Below are positions 28,395 to 42,256 of a stretch of 64,000 nucleotides of DNA, one piece after another. Source of the DNA: Eledone cirrhosa (taxonomy: Eukaryota). Location of the stretch: assembly GCA_964016885.1 (NCBI GenBank), contig OZ024741.1, positions 155,372,001 to 155,436,000 on the forward strand, in the 5' to 3' direction. Within the stretch, counting starts at the first letter, position 1. Every line of letters begins with the position of its first letter. The translations under genes and the position numbers were made by a program. Under the pieces are notes generated by a model. That model did not search any database and was not told the origin of the DNA. It saw only the letters and a program-made list of their open reading frames with translations.

Positions 28395-28395
<1 letters not shown>
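22606..28395 (-). mobile_element. Tx1-like LINE copy 3, apparently full length but degenerate (ORF1 ~26269-28064; ORF2 ~22856-26234)
   Basis: CVVCGEGIHLRVFC knuckle and APE/RT fragments. (TAA)n lies on both sides (22569-22600 and 28395-28447). Confidence 0.92.
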
Positions 28396-28447
<52 letters not shown>

Positions 28448-28900
28448 GGTGCTGTGGGATTTTAGGATACAGACGGACAAGAAACTGGAACACAATAGAC
28501 TTGACCTGGTGGTTGTGGACAAAGAAAAAAGATCGTGTCTGATTGTGGATGTGGCCTGTCCATTCGACACGAGAGTGCAAGAGAAGGAGAGGGAGAAAAT
28601 TAACCAATACCAGGACTTAAAGTGGGAGGTAAAAAGGATTTGGAACTGCCATGAAGTCAAAGTGATCCCGATTGTCATAGGCACACTGGGGACTATCTCC
28701 AAAAGTTTCCAGGGATGGTTAAAGAAAATCGGCCCCTTCACGCTTTTTGGAACGCTCCAAAAGGCATGCTTGCTGGGAACAGCAAGAACCCTCCGATACT
28801 TCCTGAATATCTGAGGCTGCAGGTAGTGGCTTGATATTCATTCCAACGGACTTTCCAGTTAACTAACATCAATGACTGAAATTCAAGGAGTAATAACATA
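28448..28900 (+). mobile_element. R4/Dong-like 3' fragment (RLE)
   Basis: KVLWDFRIQTDKKLEHNR.DLVVVDK..IVDVACPFD..KINQY. Nearly identical to 29233-29680. Confidence 0.88.
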
Positions 28901-28916
28901 ATAATAATAATAATAA

Positions 28917-29680
28917 GAGGAGACCTTTAAAAGGCTACAGAAGGAATGTTAATGGCTGCGCAGGAGCAGGCTCTCAAAACGAAGTGGTTGAAACACCACA
29001 TTTACAAGGAGGAGGCTAGCCCATTGTGCTGGATCTGTGGAGAGAGAGAGAGGAGACTGTGGCTCACATTGTATCCGAGTGTAAACACCTAGCCCAGACT
29101 CACTATAAGGGCTGGAGACATGATGTGATGGGTAGGGTGATCCACTGGCACCTATGCAAAGTAAACAATTTACCACATTCTGAGAAGTGGTATGAGCATA
29201 AGCCAGAGGCGGTGATAGAAAACAATCAGGTGAAGGTGCTGTGGGATTTTAGGATACAGACGGACAAGAAACTGGAAGACAATAGACCTGACCTGGTGGT
29301 CTTGGACAAAGAAAAAAGATCGTGCCTGATTGTGGATGTGGCCTGCCCATTCGACACGAGAGTGCAAGAGAAGGAGAGGGAGAAAATTAGCCGATACCAG
29401 GACTTAAAATGGGAGGTAAAAAGGATTTGGAACTGCCATGAAGTCAAAGTGATCCCGATTGTCATAGGCGCACTAGGTACTATCTCAAAAAGTTTCCAGG
29501 GATGGTTAACGAAAATTGGCCCCTCCACGCTTTTTGGAACACTTCAAAAGGCATGCTTGCTGGGAACAGCAAGAACCCTCCGATACGTCCTGAATATCTG
29601 AGGCTGCAGATAGCAGCTTGATATTCATTTCAACAAACTTTCCAGTTAAATAACATCAATGACTGAGACTCAAAGAACAA
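28917..29680 (+). mobile_element. R4/Dong-like 3' fragment (zinc finger plus RLE)
   Basis: MAAQEQAL.T, ETVAHIVSEC, RHD, NRPDLVV. (TAA)n flanks. Confidence 0.88.
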
Positions 29681-29707
29681 CAACAATAATAATAATAATA
29701 ATAATAA

Positions 29708-29868
29708 TAATGCTTTCTTATATAGGTACAAGGCCAGCAATTTTGCTGAAGGGAAAAGTCGATTAAATCGACCCCAGTGCGTGACTGGTACTTTATTTTA
29801 TCGACCCTGTAAGGATGAAAGGCAAAGTTAACCCCGGCGTGATTTGAACTCAGATCATAAAAGGTCGT
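29708..29868 (-). mobile_element. Family-A SINE
   Basis: Same body and tail as the copy at 8586. Confidence 0.8.
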
Positions 29869-30004
29869 ATCGGATAAGCGGGATATTCTAAGGGATATAC
29901 TACGTGCTATGGATCTGATTATGGATTTGTGGTGGTTTGAGTTATAACTAATGTAGGCCAGATTCTCATTATTTTTGTGGAAGGTTTCTATTAATAAAAA
30001 TAAT

Positions 30005-31162
30005 GAGAATCTGGCCTACATTAGTTATAACTCAAACCACCCCAAATCCATAATCAGATCCATAGCACGTAGTATATCCCTTAGAATATCCCGCTCATCC
30101 TCAAACCTAGACATTTTTAATGAACATACTAACTATTATAACGCAGCATTACATAGGGCTGGACATAAAGATAAACTGCAGTATATAGCGAATAAAGACA
30201 ACTTAAACAAACCTACTAGCAATTACACCAACCGCTCACACAAAAATAGAGGTAACAGGACTAGACATAGAGTTAGGCACGTAGCACCTAGAGTAAGCAG
30301 TCCAAACACCAATAATGTAAACCATAGAAACAATAGAAGAATCAGAGAAAGAAAATACCTATGGTTCAATCCAATCATCAACTCCTCTGTAAAAACTAGA
30401 CTGCCTTCTACATTCTTTAAACTAATAGATAAACACTTCCCTATTTCACACAGATATCATAAAATACTCAATAGAAAAACTATAAAACTCTCATACTCTA
30501 CGGCAGCAAATATAGAATCGCACATACGCAAGATCAACCACAGAAATACCTCTAGGGAATCCGCCCCACCTATTCGCAACATAGCACCAAATTATAAACA
30601 TAAACACATCACAGTATCACAACCGCAAGCGCATACAAGCACACAGCAGCAAAACCCCAACGGGCACGAATCACAACCCACTTATAGCAGTGTACACAAC
30701 AGCAGTGTGGAAGCTGCACGAAATAACACCTCAAACTGTAACTGTCACCTACCGGATAGGTGCCCATTGTCGAATAGATGCCTTGATCCGAGCCTAGTGT
30801 ACATGTGTATGGTCAACTCAGACAACTCCACTTGGCATTACATTGGATCCACCGCGGGTACTTTTACAAAAAGATGGTATGTGCACAGATACTCGATGAA
30901 AAACCGTGCACTTATGGGTTCTACAACCCTCGCCAAAAAAATCTGAGAACTTAAGGACAATAACACCAACTACAGTATCAACTGGTCGAGGTTGTCGGCC
31001 GCAAAGACCTACAGTACCGGTATGTCCCACTGTAGGCTCTGTGATCTAGAATTACTATATATCCTTAGAAATGTAAACAGGCTACTCAACAACAAGTTAG
31101 AAATGTCAATCTTCTGCAGACACAGGATCGCCACTAAATTCACAAGATTTAAGCCTCCGTGA
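30005..31162 (+). pseudogene. PLE RT thumb, linker and GIY-YIG; in-frame stop at 30944
   Basis: YISYNSNHPKSII, WFNP, TIKLSYS, CNC..CPL..C, LVY..YIG, C.LCDLE. Confidence 0.88.
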
Positions 31163-31517
31163 ATCGAACCGACGTAACTTAGCTTTCAACTTAGGTTACC
31201 CACTATACTGCACGAACCACCACAGAAATATAATCATTAAGTACATTCTAGCCTTCTTAGTTCTATACCACACTCATGTCTGTAAGTACCTTATCAACCC
31301 ATTAATAAATCTCTTCTCAGCTGCTGTTAACACAACTTCCTCACCCTTAACTCTCAACAAATGAACCTAAATCCAAAAGAACATTTCAAAATACTACTAC
31401 AGCAGAATTTACCTTCCTCCTGTTATAATTGTAGTCAGCATGTTTTCTCTTTATAATAAGAATCACTTATTACCTGACAGATGAAACATTTATCCGTGTA
31501 GTGAGGATAGTAATATT

Positions 31518-31562
<45 letters not shown>

Positions 31563-31732
31563 TATACTGCACGAACCACCACAGAAATATAATCATTAAG
31601 TACATTCTAGCCTTCTTAGTTCTATACCACACTAATGTCTGTAAGTACCTTATCAATAGTAATATTTGTGTATATATATATATATATATACAGAGGATAA
31701 TATGTATATATATATATATATATATGTATATA

Positions 31733-31772
<40 letters not shown>

Positions 31773-32273
31773 TATATATATATATATATATATATAATGT
31801 TTCATCTGTCAGATAATAAGTGATTCTTATTATAAAGAGAAAACGTGCTGACAACAATTATAACAGGAGGAAGGTAAATGATATATATATATATGTAGTG
31901 AGGATAGTAATATTTGTGTATATATATATATATACACAAATATTACTATCCTCACTACAGTGATAAATGTTTCATCTGTCAGATAATAAGTGATTCTTAC
32001 GGCCACCAGACCTACATTGTTTAAAGCCACCGGCTTATCTTTACACTATATATAATACACCCCATGACAGCTTTTACCTGTCAATTTTATACATCTGCCT
32101 CATGTCAGCTAGTTTTACACGCTAAAATCGTAGATATACTATATTTCCCACCTAGATTGATGTTGTAATTATTTCAAATAATTTATTGTTAGCATTGTTA
32201 GTATTGTTGTTATTGTTCTGATTGAATGCCATTACTACTATATATAGTAGCCATGCCTGTATATTCCTTTCAT

Positions 32274-32394
32274 TCTCACAAGCTCCGATGACTTGACTGG
32301 TTACAACTTGGTATTGGTGATCGAATAACGTGAAAACAAGCGGGTAGCGATCTCTAGACCTACCAGTTCAGTGAAACAATTGTCAGCAATGAGA
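32274..32394 (+). ncRNA. Type I hammerhead with CCGATGA (U4C) core and a long stem II
   Basis: tctca caa gct CCGATGA ct tga ctggt...accag t tca gt GAAA caattg TC agc aa tgaga. Predicted cut after 32384. Confidence 0.75.
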
Positions 32395-32902
32395 TTAAAA
32401 ACCTTTTTTGTATAGCAAACCGTGTCACTCTTCTTTCCTGATTTATCATTACTCCAAGTGTTTACAACATAGGAATCACAGCGTACTCGCAACATCACTA
32501 TGGAAACGCCTTGTTGAGTCAAACTGAGCCAAGCGTTGATATCATCCACTACCCGGAGTACCCTAACTGGACTACACTTAAGTGAACTACCTATAAGAAT
32601 AATCTGTTACCCGGTATATATATATATATATATAAACGGAAAAAATGAAATGAAATGAAATTTCCCATTCTTAGTACGGCTGTTACTTAAATATAAGTAT
32701 GTATACGTACATACATATATGTATACAGACGTACAGTAGTATGTATATATATATATACATACATGCACACATATATATATGTACGTATGGATTTACCGAA
32801 CATTTATTATAATGCTCGGTGTGTTTGTAAACAAACATCCCGAATTGAGCCGTACAGTGTCTAGCAACCATCGTTGCTCATTTGCTCAACACTGACAAAG
32901 GA

Positions 32903-32943
32903 ACGCTGTACTAGTTTCAAGCTTATTAGCTATCGTCAGCAAC

Positions 32944-32945
<2 letters not shown>
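32903..32945 (-). ncRNA. Minimal type I hammerhead in a solo pLTR (32634-32946)
   Basis: acgttg CTGACGA tagctaataagctt GAAA ctag TA cagcgt, with stem I fully paired. Confidence 0.88.
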
Positions 32946-33002
<57 letters not shown>

Positions 33003-33067
33003 GAAAGTGATCAACACAAAATATAACTACTCCATTACCAAAGGTTTCTGGATCCCAGAAAATAATA

Positions 33068-33158
33068 ATATAGTTTCTACTTTTGGCACAAGTCCAGCGA
33101 TTACCTCAGTGCACCACGGGTACTTTATTTTATCGACCTCGTAAGGATGAAAGGCAAA
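33068..33158 (-). mobile_element. Family-A SINE 3' fragment
   Basis: tttctacttttggcacaag...tatcgacctcgtaaggatgaaaggcaaa. Confidence 0.75.
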
Positions 33159-33589
33159 TAATAATATATATCTGGATCGGTCGTCAGACAAAGAATAAAA
33201 AATATGAAATGAGATTTAAAATCGGTTAAAAATTAGCAGTGAGGCTGGAAAAATAATGGGAAACATACATAAGAAAAGAAGGGTAAGAAAAATAATATAT
33301 AAAAATATATAGCAATATAGAAAAAGACATATACACACGCATACAAACATTCAGATAAAAGTAAAAAAAATATATACATACATGAATATGTATATATATA
33401 TATATGATGGCTGCCTCCTCGTTATCGAGTATGGCCATTGCACGATATACCATTATTAATAATTATTAAATAATTCTATCGTGCAATGCCTGTGCGTGAA
33501 GATATTTTTTAAAATGAGGAAAGACTGCGCACTGAGCCAATCCCATTTTCTTAGCGACAGGAGCTATAACCAGAAAAGAAGAAAAGATC

Positions 33590-34033
33590 ATCATCATCTG
33601 TAACTACTGAGCCGCAGGTTTTATATCGGAGTTATACCAGTTTCCTGAGTTGCCTTCTCCTAGAAGAATGCCCTGACAAAGGCTAGGGGTCCTTAACTCC
33701 CAGTGGTTTAACCGCGCGATCGGGCGTCCAGCCCGACTATTTCTATGTCTCCGCGCATATACATACACATGCACCCATGTATATACACATATACATATAC
33801 ATACATATGTACATGTGTATATACATATTTACACACTTTTGGATGGCCGTTGACTCTTATGAGTTCTTCCGCCCTTTGTCAGGTTTTAGTTTTTGTCCTG
33901 CAGGGTGTCGAAAATCACCCTCCTCACCAAGTAAACTTGGTTGGTGGCGTCGCCAGTTTAGTCGCCGACGACCCGACCATGTGACAGGTTGTACTGGGTT
34001 ACATGTTACCAGTAGCACTCAAGAGTGACCCGA
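33590..34033 (-). mobile_element. Diverged copy of the ~600-bp repeat, interrupted by a microsatellite
   Basis: Similar to 36930-37183 and 61926-62180. Confidence 0.7.
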
Positions 34034-34064
34034 CATACATATATATATACATATATATACATAC

Positions 34065-34134
<70 letters not shown>

Positions 34135-34279
34135 GTATATATATATAAATATATATATATATATACATACACACACAAATATACATGTACACGGACATAC
34201 ACATATACACACACATACACACACACTTAAAAACATATGCAGTCATACATACAGACATATACATATACACACACATATA

Positions 34280-34424
<145 letters not shown>

Positions 34425-34930
34425 AAGGATGAATATAAAATGAAAGTGCTTTTTTTAAAAAGGAATTTATTAGGTATTGACATATGTTTCTGTAACAGAC
34501 GGAATAACTATGTATCGCTGCTTGCGTAATCATATAATGTTAGCAAGTATTCGATAGCAAATGTATAATCAGTTGTCACTTCTTCAGAGATTTTGGATAA
34601 ATTCAATTTATCCAAAATCTCTGAAGAAGGGCGGTGGATTGGCAGTATCGGTAGAGGGTCGGACGCCATGCTTTCCAGCATAGTTACGTCCCTTTACCAT
34701 CTGAGTTCAAATCCCGCCGAGGTTGACTTTGCCTTTCATCCTTACGGGGTCGATAAAATAAAGTACCAGTAATGCACTGGTAATTGCTGGCCTTGTGCCT
34801 AAAGTAGAAACAATTATATGATTACGCAAGCAGCGATACGTAGGTATTCCGTCTGTTACAGAAACATATGTCAATACCTAATAAATTCCTTTTTAAAAAA
34901 AGCACTTTCATTTTATATTCATCCTTTCTA
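34425..34930. mobile_element. Foldback pLTR remnant with a degenerate long-stem-II hammerhead (minus strand, ~34474-34592); a SINE interrupts the right arm
   Basis: 34425-34538 is inverted at 34813-34928, and there is a palindrome at 34578-34629. Motif CTGAAGA a gtgaca...tgttac a GAAA catatg TC, but stem I does not pair. Confidence 0.55.
34630..34817 (+). mobile_element. Full-length family-A tRNA-derived SINE
   Basis: ggcggtggattggcagtatcggtagag...gagttcaaatcccgccgagg...ccttgtgcctaaagtagaaacaatta. Confidence 0.88.
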
Positions 34931-35032
34931 CATTTTCTCCGGAATATAATTTATACTCGTTGAACAAACCTGCACGTACGCTGTTCATATCTAACGTAAC
35001 GATATATTATCACTACATTATTGATAACCTGA

Positions 35033-35097
<65 letters not shown>

Positions 35098-35325
35098 TGG
35101 CATAGACACAAGTGTATAAACACACTAGTCTGCAAATACATACATACGCAAGCACACACACATACACATATATACATATAACCAAAAATTAATATGGTTC
35201 GTTGATTACTCAACGAATACAATATTACAATAGATTAGAAGCACTCAACATTAGATTTTCCAGGAGTTTTTAATATTATTCAAAATGTTAATAAATGAAA
35301 AATATTCTCATAATCAAAGTATATA

Positions 35326-35384
35326 TTTTATTATACACATTTCAAAGGTACAATGGTGTTTAAGTACGTTTTCATCAGACAAAA
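35326..35384 (-). ncRNA. Minimal hammerhead (left arm of foldback)
   Basis: ttttgt CTGATGA aaac gtac..gtac cttt GAAA tgtgta TA ataaaa. Confidence 0.8.
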
Positions 35385-35503
35385 TATATGATTTGATATG
35401 TGACATACCGCTACGGTTTGGATTATTCAATTCCAGTATTGACTGCCAATACTGGAATTGAATAATCCAAACCGTAGCGGTATGTCACATATTAAATCAT
35501 ATA

Positions 35504-35562
35504 TTTTGTCTGATGAAAACGTACTTAAACACCATTGTACCTTTGAAATGTGTATAATAAAA
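35504..35562 (+). ncRNA. Minimal hammerhead (right arm of foldback)
   Basis: ttttgt CTGATGA aaacgtacttaaacaccattgtaccttt GAAA tgtgta TA ataaaa. Confidence 0.8.
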
Positions 35563-35611
35563 TATATATTTTGATTATGAGAATATTTTTCATTCATTAA
35601 CATTTTGAATA

Positions 35612-36200
<589 letters not shown>

Positions 36201-36423
36201 GACGTAAGATAAGAACATTTAAAAAAAATAAAAAATTAACTTACTTACTAAAATTTTAGTAAGTAAGTTAATTTTCAATTTTTTTTCAATTTTCTTATTT
36301 TACGTCTTTCATATTATTGTTCTGCATCCTCCTGCATTGAACCACCTAGGTACTATGACATAACTTATGTATTTGCTAGCATTAGTGTACATCTGTACGC
36401 ATATGTTGGTAGATATACTAAAT

Positions 36424-36571
<148 letters not shown>

Positions 36572-36574
36572 TAT

Positions 36575-37183
36575 GGTGGCTGCCAACTCGTTTTCGAGTA
36601 CGGCCACTACTTTATATCCATGTAGGAGAACGCCTACCGATGCGCTGAACGAGTGTGACTTTTTAGTCCAGCCAGCGTATTGAAAACTCTGGTACAAACA
36701 CTACACTTGTGACAATTATTGACACATAGTGCTGGGCCCATGGTACCATGTGAGGACAAGTGCAGAGAGATCTCCAGATATAAAGCAATGCCTGTGCCGT
36801 GAAGCTTTTATAGTGAGCAAAGGCGCTGCACAAAGCCAGTCCCACTCTCTTAACCAAGATGATATTTACCAAAAAGAAGAACAAGTCAACATCATTGGAT
36901 ACCATCAGGGTTGCAGGTGTTATATCAGAGTTTTCCTTCTCCTAGAATTCTGCCTTGACAAAGGCTAAGGGGTCATCTCTCCCGGTGATTTTGGATGGCC
37001 ATTGACTCTTAAGAGCTCCTTTGCCCTTTGACAGGTTTTGTTTTTAGTCCTGCAGGATGTCCAAAGTCACCCTCCTCACCAAGAAACCTTGGTGGGGTTG
37101 CCAGTTTAGTCGCCAACGTCCCGACCATGAGGCAGGTTGTACTGGGATACATGTTACCAGTAGCACCAACTGGTGACCTGACA
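36575..37183 (-). mobile_element. ~605-bp non-coding repeat, possibly an RTE-derived non-autonomous element
   Basis: Near-identical reverse complement of 61926-62529 with the same two ends. Contains ctaggagaaggaaaactctga and ggcgactaaactggc. Confidence 0.75.
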
Positions 37184-37199
37184 CAATATATATACATAC

Positions 37200-37259
<60 letters not shown>

Positions 37260-37261
<2 letters not shown>

Positions 37262-39790
37262 CCAAAGATTAGTATGGTTCGTTGATTACTCAATGAATAT
37301 AATAGATTAGAACCACTCAACTGTAAAAGTTTTCCTGGAGTTTTTAATATTATTCAAAATATTAATAAATGAAAAATATTCTCATAATCAAAATATATAC
37401 TTTATTATATATATTTCAAAGATACTGTGTTGTTTTTTCAGTACGTCCTCATCAGAGAAAATATATAATTTGATATATGAAATACCGCTGCGGTCTTGAT
37501 TATTCAATTCCAGTATTGTCAGTGATTTATTTCATCAAATCTCAACGTTTATATACCACAAATAATATGATAAACTTAAAGAAGAAAAGGACGTTGAGCA
37601 AATTAGAGATATAAGAGAAAAGACAAGAAAAAATAAATAAATACATACATAAATAGATAAATGAATAATAAATAAATAAATGGATGAATGAATAAAAGAA
37701 ATATACAAAAAAAAAGAAAAGAGGAATAACGACTAAATAGAGGGAAGGTGTGGAGAAAGTAAAGGGAATGAACTTGGTAAAGAAAAATAAAGAAAAATAA
37801 GGGAACATCAAATAGAGGGGGATAGAGAAAAAACCCGTTGTTTTCAAAAGTTAGATCAAATAGGACATCCAATCAATTCAAATAAACAATTGAATATCTT
37901 TTGTAATTGATTATGCTTTAGCTAATTATATTTATATATTATATCAAAATTAATCAGTATAGATTACTTTCTATAGCAATCACATATTTAGTTTAATTAA
38001 GAATTTATATAATTTAATTTAACTCATTATAGATTATTATTTTTAATTTTAAGGTAAGATATTCTATAAATATTTTGTTATAACTTTAAATGAATTAATC
38101 TTTAAAGCGTATTTAAATAATTATTAAATATGTATTAAAATATAATACCATGCATATATCACCATCAATACATATAATATATTTAGATCATTTATTACCC
38201 AAATTATTTAATTTAATTAGGATATTCTCTTTATAAAATCTTTACTATTCTTTAATTTTCATTTAATTCCTAGGATTAAACTGCAGTTATATTTACTCTC
38301 AAAAGTTTTATTTCATTAATTTAATGAAAGGTTATATTTACTTCTGTATTTACTTATTTTGATATATAGTTTCCTTTTAATGATAGTCTTATATTATTAA
38401 TCTACATATTTTATATCTAATATAATTTAGCAAGCTAGTCAAAAAGAAAAGAAATTTTTACGGACAATGTAAACAAAAGAAAGATAACTCATTCACCATA
38501 TACAAACATTTAAAACTTATATCTACTCTCACGTCCAGCGATATTTCAAAACCATAAATCCTCTATTGTCTAGTTAAATATTGAATTGTCCTAATCAAAA
38601 CATAGGATAACGAGACTCTTAATGAAATTATTCTAATACATATAAATATCAATAAATTATTATCACAATAAGGTAAAACGTATATATATATATTTAAATT
38701 ATTAAATGTCAATATTTTTTTGAAACTTGTACATTACCTGGAAAGTTTTACCAATTTTATGGTGACAACTACTAAATAATTCATGTTGTTGATTAAATTG
38801 TCATAATTTGTAATTATCTGTAGAGTCTCAAGGTTACAAAGATTGCAATTTTGCGAAATAGTTGAGTTCTGATAGGAATTAGCAATCTTTAATGTTGTCC
38901 AAGAGATGGAGTATTTAATATTATTGTTCTTTAAAGACCATACTAATTGTGAAAGTGAAGTTGAAAATTTCTTATCTGGTTTACTGAAAGAGTGTCTATG
39001 ATTATACCAACGTTCCTTAAATTTAGATGAAGTGGCACTAATGTAGTTATATATATTATTATTTGTCTTAATTGTACATTTATATACCAGATTCTTATCA
39101 AGGCAATTATTTTGTAAAGGACATTCGGACTTCTTTCTACAATTACATTTCTTCTCAATGTTATTTACAGACCTTAAATTATTCCCATTATTATTTAAAG
39201 GTCTTCTACTATTATTCGTGTTTAAACTCTTATTATTGTTATTCCCATTATGTATTGTTATCATTATTGTTATTATTGCTAATTCTCGGTTGGTTCAAAT
39301 TAAGATTTTTACTATTTATTTTTGCTATATTTTGAGCAATATTCATAGTTGTTGAATAAGAAAGTTTAACTGTGTGTCTATTGAAGATAGAGTAATATTT
39401 ATGTGACCTAGGGAAGCATTTATTCAAAGCTTTAAAAAATAAATGTGTTACAGGTGTTTTAATAGCTAAAGATGCTGGCGGAGCATACCAAATTATAGAT
39501 CTAGTTCTTATTTTTTTTCCCGATTTATTCATATTTCTTTTTATACTGGTGTCGAAAGGAAGCGACGTGTGCATAGTATCTTTTTTTAAAGGTATCCTGG
39601 GTCATACCCACATAACGTTCTCCGGTAGAAGGTTGGTTGGTATGAATAGGTCTTATAATTGCCTCATATACAACGGATTTAATGTTACATTTGCCTTGCA
39701 AAGGACATTCACCTGAATTTCTGCATGAACATCCTGGGATTCTTCTGTCAGATTTTCGATTATATGGAAGGACTGCAAGAATAGCTAATC
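37260..39790 (-). mobile_element. PLE fragments (two GIY-YIG pieces, 38700-39530 and 39530-39790), AT-rich 3' region and pLTR
   Basis: IIWYAPP, TVKLSYSTTMN, CNCRKKSECPLQNNC, FKERWYNH, CNLCNLE. Second piece CSCRNSGECPLQGKC..YVGMT. Confidence 0.82.
37401..37461 (-). ncRNA. Minimal hammerhead, same family as the one at 5521
   Basis: ttttct CTGATGA ggac gtactg..cagtat cttt GAAA tatata TA ataaag. Stem I has one mismatch. Confidence 0.75.
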
Positions 39791-39885
39791 TTGACACAGT
39801 TTCTGTTAAAAATTGAAAATGGAGCATGAAGTGTAAAATAAAGTTATAAAAAAACAGAATATTAAAAAGTGAGATGGGTATTCCG

Positions 39886-39959
<74 letters not shown>

Positions 39960-40249
39960 TACATCGACAAATGCGCATATACACATGAATATATTTATAG
40001 TTTTAGTAGTATGTTGGAAATGGGTTTTGATTATGTGTACCGAAGCGAACAGGAGAGGTCATAATAGGGGGTCATGTTGGAGAGGTGGTGAACAGAGGCG
40101 AAAGCTTTATAAATTAGTTGTTATTTGTGTGTTAAATATGTTAGATGATGTCCTGGCCATAACAACAGAATACATTTTATTTAGAATGTAGAAGTTGGAG
40201 ATTTAATATGGATGCAAATTAGTTTAGAGTAGGCATTGAATATTCATGA

Positions 40250-41780
40250 ATTTGTTGGAACTGTGAGTACAAGGTATATGGAATTAGCTTTTTGATAGAT
40301 AGTTTCTGCAACTGATTAATTAGGGACGCTGTGGGTATGGCTAAAACGATAGGGTGGACTATGTTAGGATTCCATTTGTTAGTAAATCACTGGATAGGTT
40401 GTATTTAAGTTCGAATTTTGATAATAAGAAGGTGCATAGACGTCTGCCTGAGGAGGTAAGGGATAGGGGAATTTGCATCGGTAATTCTTATCAATCATGG
40501 ATAGAAAGTAGATTGTTCAACTATAATAGTAACTTGGCGGATGTTGATGCTGGAAATTTTAACGGCTGTGCGATTGCAAAATTCTGCTTTTCGTTACCGG
40601 AGGTGGGGCACGTGATTACAGGAGATTTGAATATCATTAGGAACAAAAATCTCATTGATGCTGAAGGAAACTATAGGAAAACTTGGGATGAATGGGTTAA
40701 TGTTATGATTTGGAATCAATCTATAATTTCGTGAATAGGTTGGGCATAAACTTTGGCGTTGTTGGGGAGGCATTCGAGCACTGGAAAGAGAGAGTTGTTA
40801 CCTTGGTAAAGGGTAGTATGGTGGGACGTCTATATTTAATAGGCCCGAGGTAGAACAGTATTTAGGTAGGGTTTGTGAAGGTTACATCAGCCTATCGGCA
40901 GATAAAGCGGCGGGTTTTTTGTGGTAGTTTGTAAGAGTTAATATTTGTTGGTTTCAGATAGAGATATAGTGGAAGAAAATAATTATAATTTAACTTACAA
41001 GCTTGTGTCGAGGAAGTGGAAGGCTTGAATGGTTATCAGATTGAGGAGGGGAATACGTATATTCCCAGAATTATAAGGACTCCAAAGTTGCATTAAGCAC
41101 CGTATAAATGTAGATTTATAGCCGGGGCTAAAATGAGTACGAATAGACAAGTAGCTATTTTGGTAAATGAAACTTAATAGTATGTTTAAGGAGGTCTTTG
41201 TTAAGTATTGTGATACGATTCTGAAAAATAGTGGTATATGAGATGGAGTATAGGAGTATAACTATGAGTTCGTCTTTCTAGTAGGATTGAGGAAACTAAG
41301 GAGGACAAGCTTGATTAAATAGTTGGGTGGATGCTTGTAGATATATATATATAGAACTACGTGCATTTCGAAAGTTTACTGCATAATATTTACCCGGATA
41401 GTTTGGTGATGAAAAGGAATGGTTGCGACGATAAGGTCAATTATTTAGACATCACTATCAAAAGGAACGATGTGTCGGTAGTGACGAGGGCTTTCAATAA
41501 GACTAGGGATTTTCGTGTTAAGTAGTTTGGATGCCCTATCCATGTTAATGAGTTACGACGTGTTTTCTCGTCAAGCTTTAAGGTGTGGTAGAATAAGTTG
41601 CCAGGTAAAGGTTTTTATGTAGGAGGTTAGAAGACTATTAACGCAAATAGCTAGAAAAGGAATTGATAGGAAATTATCGAGACAGTGTTTGTGACATAGC
41701 ATAAGTGTAAAAGGGAGGATTTTAAGAAGGTTCGGTGCTATTTGGGTCTTGCAGTTAAGTAACGAATGGCTAAGAGTCGA
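40250..41780 (+). pseudogene. Highly degenerate PLE RT of a different clade (possibly Naiad/Chlamys-like)
   Basis: GHVITGDLNIIRNKNL, ADKAA, TPKLH*APYKCRFIAG, NIYPDSL....VNYLDITI. Confidence 0.65.
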
Positions 41781-42225
41781 GAACGATGGGTGATAGTTTT
41801 ATGGATTTCGTTTTTCAATAGAAATATTAATTCTGTTTATTTCAGTCATGTTCAAGTTGGGGCAGCTAATTTTATTTCTTTAGAAGCTCGTGGTGGTACA
41901 TGTGTTTGAAGAGATTATTCTAGGGCGTGCAGGCTTTCGCCTTTTTTTGTATGGCTAGCGTCGTTGTAGCTGTTGGCGATATATATATTTGAAGGGAACG
42001 TGTGTAACGAGGCTGATCTTTTGAATTAACGGTACAATACATCTAATATGGCTCCCCTACAGTTTCGTTCGACTGAATCTCATTGAAAAGCTTGCTCAAG
42101 ATGCTATGCAGTGGGATCGAACTCGGGAAATTTTGTGTTCTTCCTGTATGAGGAATTTTGTGTTCTTCCTGTAAGGCGGTGAGAAAATCAATAGGTAAAA
42201 GAGAAGGTGACAGTGGCCACACATG

Positions 42226-42256
<31 letters not shown>

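Larger units (their letters stand above)
29875..32620 (+). mobile_element. 5'-truncated PLE with a 5' inversion (29875-29972 versus 30000-30095), ORF remnant, rearranged 3' region and hammerhead-bearing pLTR
   Basis: Inverted duplication at the 5' end, PLE protein motifs, hammerhead at 32274-32394. Confidence 0.75.

Noticed and set aside
30944-30946. In-frame TGA in the PLE GIY-YIG domain as selenocysteine
   Set aside because: It aligns with the Trp of LVWSLK in the 38734 paralogue, so it is a TGG>TGA nonsense change.
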